DNA from: Clostridia bacterium
GTDB taxonomy: Bacteria > Bacillota > Clostridia > Oscillospirales > CAG-272
Reading direction: 5' to 3'
Assembly: GCA_017444735.1 (NCBI GenBank)
Contig: JAFSWB010000001.1
Span: forward strand, 1 to 61,339
Length of the DNA stretch: 61,339 nt
Both the position numbers and the translations under genes were made by a program. Of the stretch, positions 58,476-61,339 are shown one piece after another. Positions within the stretch are counted from its first letter, which is position 1; each line of letters begins with the position of its first letter. The notes below the pieces were generated by a model, which ran no database searches, was not told where the DNA came from, and was given only the letters and a program-made list of their open reading frames with translations.

Positions 58476-61115
58476 ATGAGCGGCGCTTCGTCAGCGGTCG
58501 GCAAAAGGCCCCGTTTTCTGAGGGGCGAGCGCGGCGTTGTGAGAACGTGGCTGATCGAGACGGTCCTTATCGTTTTCTCCGCCGTTTACACCGAGGTCTG
58601 CCTTCATTTTCTCATCTTCGGACGGGCCGACGACAGGATCTGGTTCCCCGTGTTCTTCGGGCTCATCGTCGGGACGCTCGAGGCGGCGATCGCCTCTTTT
58701 ATTCCTAAGATCCCGAGGAGGATCTTTATCGGCGCCGCGGTGTCGCTCGGCACGTTCCTCTCCGAGATCCAGCTTGTATATCAGTCGATTTTCGGGAACC
58801 TGATGCCTCTCAACCTCGTCAGGATGGGCGGCGGCGCGTTAGCGAACTTCGCCGGACAGACTTTTTACGCGATCGGCCGCAATCTTCACAGGATCCTCCT
58901 TTTGGCGCTTCCCGTTTTTGCCGTCGTCGCGGTCTTCGTCCTTTTGAGAAAAAGCCGCCGCGAACCCGCTTTCGCCCGTGAGAAGATCATCGGCGTCGCG
59001 GCGTTTTCGGCGTCCGTTATCCTCACCGTTTCGGCGCTCCTGTCCGGCGGCGACGGTCCGTCGTCTGCTTACAGGGTGTTCTCCTCGTCCGGCGTCTCGA
59101 CCGACACGAGCTATAAGACGGTCGGAATGACGGCGACGACGATTCAGGAGATCAGATATATGCTGTTCGGAAAGGACGACGACCTTCCCGATCTGATCGT
59201 AATCGACCGCGGCGGTGACGGTGACGGCGATATAACATACTCGTCGGACGAATACAACGTAGACGACCGGATCGACTTCCGCGCGCTCGCGGCGAGCTGC
59301 GGCGCGGGTCAGAGCGATCTTTACAAGCTCGACCGGTATATGGAGAGCGCCGTTCCGACAAAGAAGAACGAGTACACCGGAGTTTTCGAGGGGTATAACG
59401 TCATAACGTTCTGCGCCGAGTCGTATTCTCCGTATTTCCTGTCGGAGGAGCTGACGCCGACCCTCTGGGAGATGACTCACAACGGGTTCGTTTTCAACAA
59501 CTATTACGGCACCTTCCAGTCGGTCACGACGAACGGCGAATACACGATGTGCATGGGCCTTTATCCCGATATGACCCGCTCGAAAACGCTTTCGAGCTTT
59601 GACGTTTCGATCGGTCACTATCTCCCGTACGCGCTCGGAAACGCGCTCGGAGAAAAGGGATATCTCACTCTCGCTTATCACAACTATCTCGGCGACTTCT
59701 ACAACAGAAACGCCACCCACCCGAATATGGGGTACGAATTCAAGGCGGTCGGGACCGGACTCGACGTCCCGCTGAGCTGGCCGGCGTCAGACGACGATAT
59801 GATAAAGGCGTCGGTCGGCGATTACGTGAACAACGGCCGTCCCTTCCACGTTTACTATATGACGTTCAGCGGTCACTACCAGTACGACTGGGAAAACGCC
59901 ATGAGCGCGAAGCACAGGAGCGAGACGAAGGACCTCCCGTATTCCGAGGAGGTCAAGGCGTTCGTCGCGTGCAATCTCGAAGTCGAGTACGCGATGAGGA
60001 CGCTCCTCTCCGAGCTGGAGCGGGCGGGAGTCGCGGACAGGACGCTGATCGTCCTGACGAACGACCACTATCCGTACGGTCTTTCCGAGGAACAGTACAG
60101 TGAGCTCGCGGGATTTCCCGTCGACGTGACGTTCGGGAAATACCGCAACGATTTCATCTGCTACGTTCCCGGAATGGAGCCGGTCGAGGTCGACGCGTAC
60201 TGCTCGACCGCCGATATTCTCCCGACCGTTCTCAATCTGCTCGGAGCGGACTACGATTCGCGTCTTCTCGCCGGCGTCGACGTATTGTCGGAGGGCGATC
60301 ATATCGCCGTCCTCTCGGATGAGAGCTTTATCGCCGACGGCTTCAGATACGACGCCGAGACGGGGAGCGTTATTCCGGACGATCCGGATTCGGAGCCGGA
60401 CGAGGCGACCGTCGACAGATTGCGCGCCGAGGTCTCGAACAGATTCGCTCTCTCGACCAGGATCCTGAACGGCAACTATTACGCGCACGTTTTCGGAAAA
60501 GAGACGGACGTCGCCGACGAAGCCGTCGTTTTCGAGGATATAACCGATATCTTCGTTCAGAACAACATCACGTTCCTTTATCGCCGCGGGTTCGTCGACG
60601 CGGTCGACAACAGGACGTTCGGCGTCGATGAGATCGCCGAGCTCGGCGAGCTTCTCGATATCGCCTACCGGATGGCGGGTTCGCCCTCGCCGGGCGTCCC
60701 CGTTCCCGAATGGTGCTCGTCGGAAAACACGGACAAATGGGATTCCGCCGTCGCGTGGGCGGCGGAAAACGGGATAATCAGAGAGAGCGATCCGGAGCTC
60801 GTCGCTCCCGACGGGCCGGTCAGCTCGCATCTTGTCGTCCTGGTCATTTACCGCGCCGCCGGAGTTCTCGGCGGCAACACGGAGAACTACAATCACGATG
60901 CGGTCGACTGGGCGATCGCGGAGAATCCCGAAGTCGATCCGGAGATACTTCGGGGAGTTGAGTTCTGTCTCGGAAATCTCGTTTACGTCGGGTACGACGG
61001 GACTCACAAGGGATTGTGGCGTCCGGATGAGGAGGAGAACACCTTCAACCGCCAGAGGATAGCGAACATCATGTTCAAGTTCTACACGGTCCTGATCGAA
61101 AAGACGGGAAAGTAA
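58476..61115 (+). CDS. LTA synthase family (sulfatase-like) membrane protein with degenerate C-terminal SLH-like region
   Basis: About 5 N-terminal TMs, NVI...AES, T.NGE, T.SGH, DHYPYG, DILPT.LNL; tail FEDI, AVAWAAENGII. Confidence 0.85.
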   Translation: MSGASSAVGKRPRFLRGERGVVRTWLIETVLIVFSAVYTEVCLHFLIFGRADDRIWFPVFFGLIVGTLEAAIASFIPKIPRRIFIGAAVSLGTFLSEIQLVYQSIFGNLMPLNLVRMGGGALANFAGQTFYAIGRNLHRILLLALPVFAVVAVFVLLRKSRREPAFAREKIIGVAAFSASVILTVSALLSGGDGPSSAYRVFSSSGVSTDTSYKTVGMTATTIQEIRYMLFGKDDDLPDLIVIDRGGDGDGDITYSSDEYNVDDRIDFRALAASCGAGQSDLYKLDRYMESAVPTKKNEYTGVFEGYNVITFCAESYSPYFLSEELTPTLWEMTHNGFVFNNYYGTFQSVTTNGEYTMCMGLYPDMTRSKTLSSFDVSIGHYLPYALGNALGEKGYLTLAYHNYLGDFYNRNATHPNMGYEFKAVGTGLDVPLSWPASDDDMIKASVGDYVNNGRPFHVYYMTFSGHYQYDWENAMSAKHRSETKDLPYSEEVKAFVACNLEVEYAMRTLLSELERAGVADRTLIVLTNDHYPYGLSEEQYSELAGFPVDVTFGKYRNDFICYVPGMEPVEVDAYCSTADILPTVLNLLGADYDSRLLAGVDVLSEGDHIAVLSDESFIADGFRYDAETGSVIPDDPDSEPDEATVDRLRAEVSNRFALSTRILNGNYYAHVFGKETDVADEAVVFEDITDIFVQNNITFLYRRGFVDAVDNRTFGVDEIAELGELLDIAYRMAGSPSPGVPVPEWCSSENTDKWDSAVAWAAENGIIRESDPELVAPDGPVSSHLVVLVIYRAAGVLGGNTENYNHDAVDWAIAENPEVDPEILRGVEFCLGNLVYVGYDGTHKGLWRPDEEENTFNRQRIANIMFKFYTVLIEKTGK

Positions 61116-61130
61116 AACGGCGACGGCGCG

Positions 61131-61339
61131 GGTTCGATTCCCGTATTCAATACCTACTGAAAAAAGCGCCCCGGGGGCGCTCTTTTTCAGCAGGTGACGG
61201 GAATCATCGCAGTCGCGCGGGCTCGCTTTTCGACGTTTCGAAAAGCTCACGCTCCTTTGGTCGCCGGGGCGGGCAAACAGTCCACAGGACTGTTTGCTTA
61301 CGCGCCCCGGTTCGATTCCCGTATTCAATACCTACTGAA
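61131..61339. repeat. Palindromic intergenic repeat, 178-bp period (second unit truncated by window end)
   Basis: GGTTCGATTCCCGTATTCAATACCTACTGAA at 61131-61161 and 61309-61339, with three hairpins per unit. Confidence 0.85.

Noticed and set aside
1-61339. Genome-wide TAG reassignment
   Set aside because: Only rplP shows internal TAGs. Readthrough at 5373 and 57484 would extend far into convergent genes, so TAG functions as stop there.
61131-61339. CRISPR array or tRNA gene
   Set aside because: Only two 31-bp copies, with 147 bp of palindromic sequence between them; no cas genes and no cloverleaf.

Overview
GC-rich chromosomal segment of a Clostridia-like (Bacillota) bacterium, probably from an uncultured genome. 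The centre (about 15.2-31.8 kb) is the complete S10-spc-alpha ribosomal protein superoperon (rpsJ to rplQ, with secY, adk, map, infA and rpoA). The flanks carry housekeeping genes (trmD, rimM, ttcA, typA, ispD/ispF, rpe, mgtE, rnhA, trpS), an ApbE flavinylation cluster, a preQ1-riboswitch-controlled QueT, a scaffoldin-like cohesin/Cys-repeat/dockerin protein and a glycolipid/LTA cluster. Four features stand out. (1) The AT-richer left end looks like an integrated element that broke a host tRNA-Arg(CCT) at the anticodon loop without repairing it, and instead carries a complete, different tRNA-Arg(CCT) under the host promoter. (2) The essential rplP (uL16) has two in-frame TAG codons, both at conserved Lys positions; this is either recoding or sequencing error and cannot be resolved here. 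(3) An 850-bp uridine-kinase-like cassette is flanked by an exact 87-bp direct repeat. (4) A 178-bp-period nested-palindrome repeat with a tRNA T-arm-like motif runs off the right end. All calls come from motif recognition by eye; no database searches were run.
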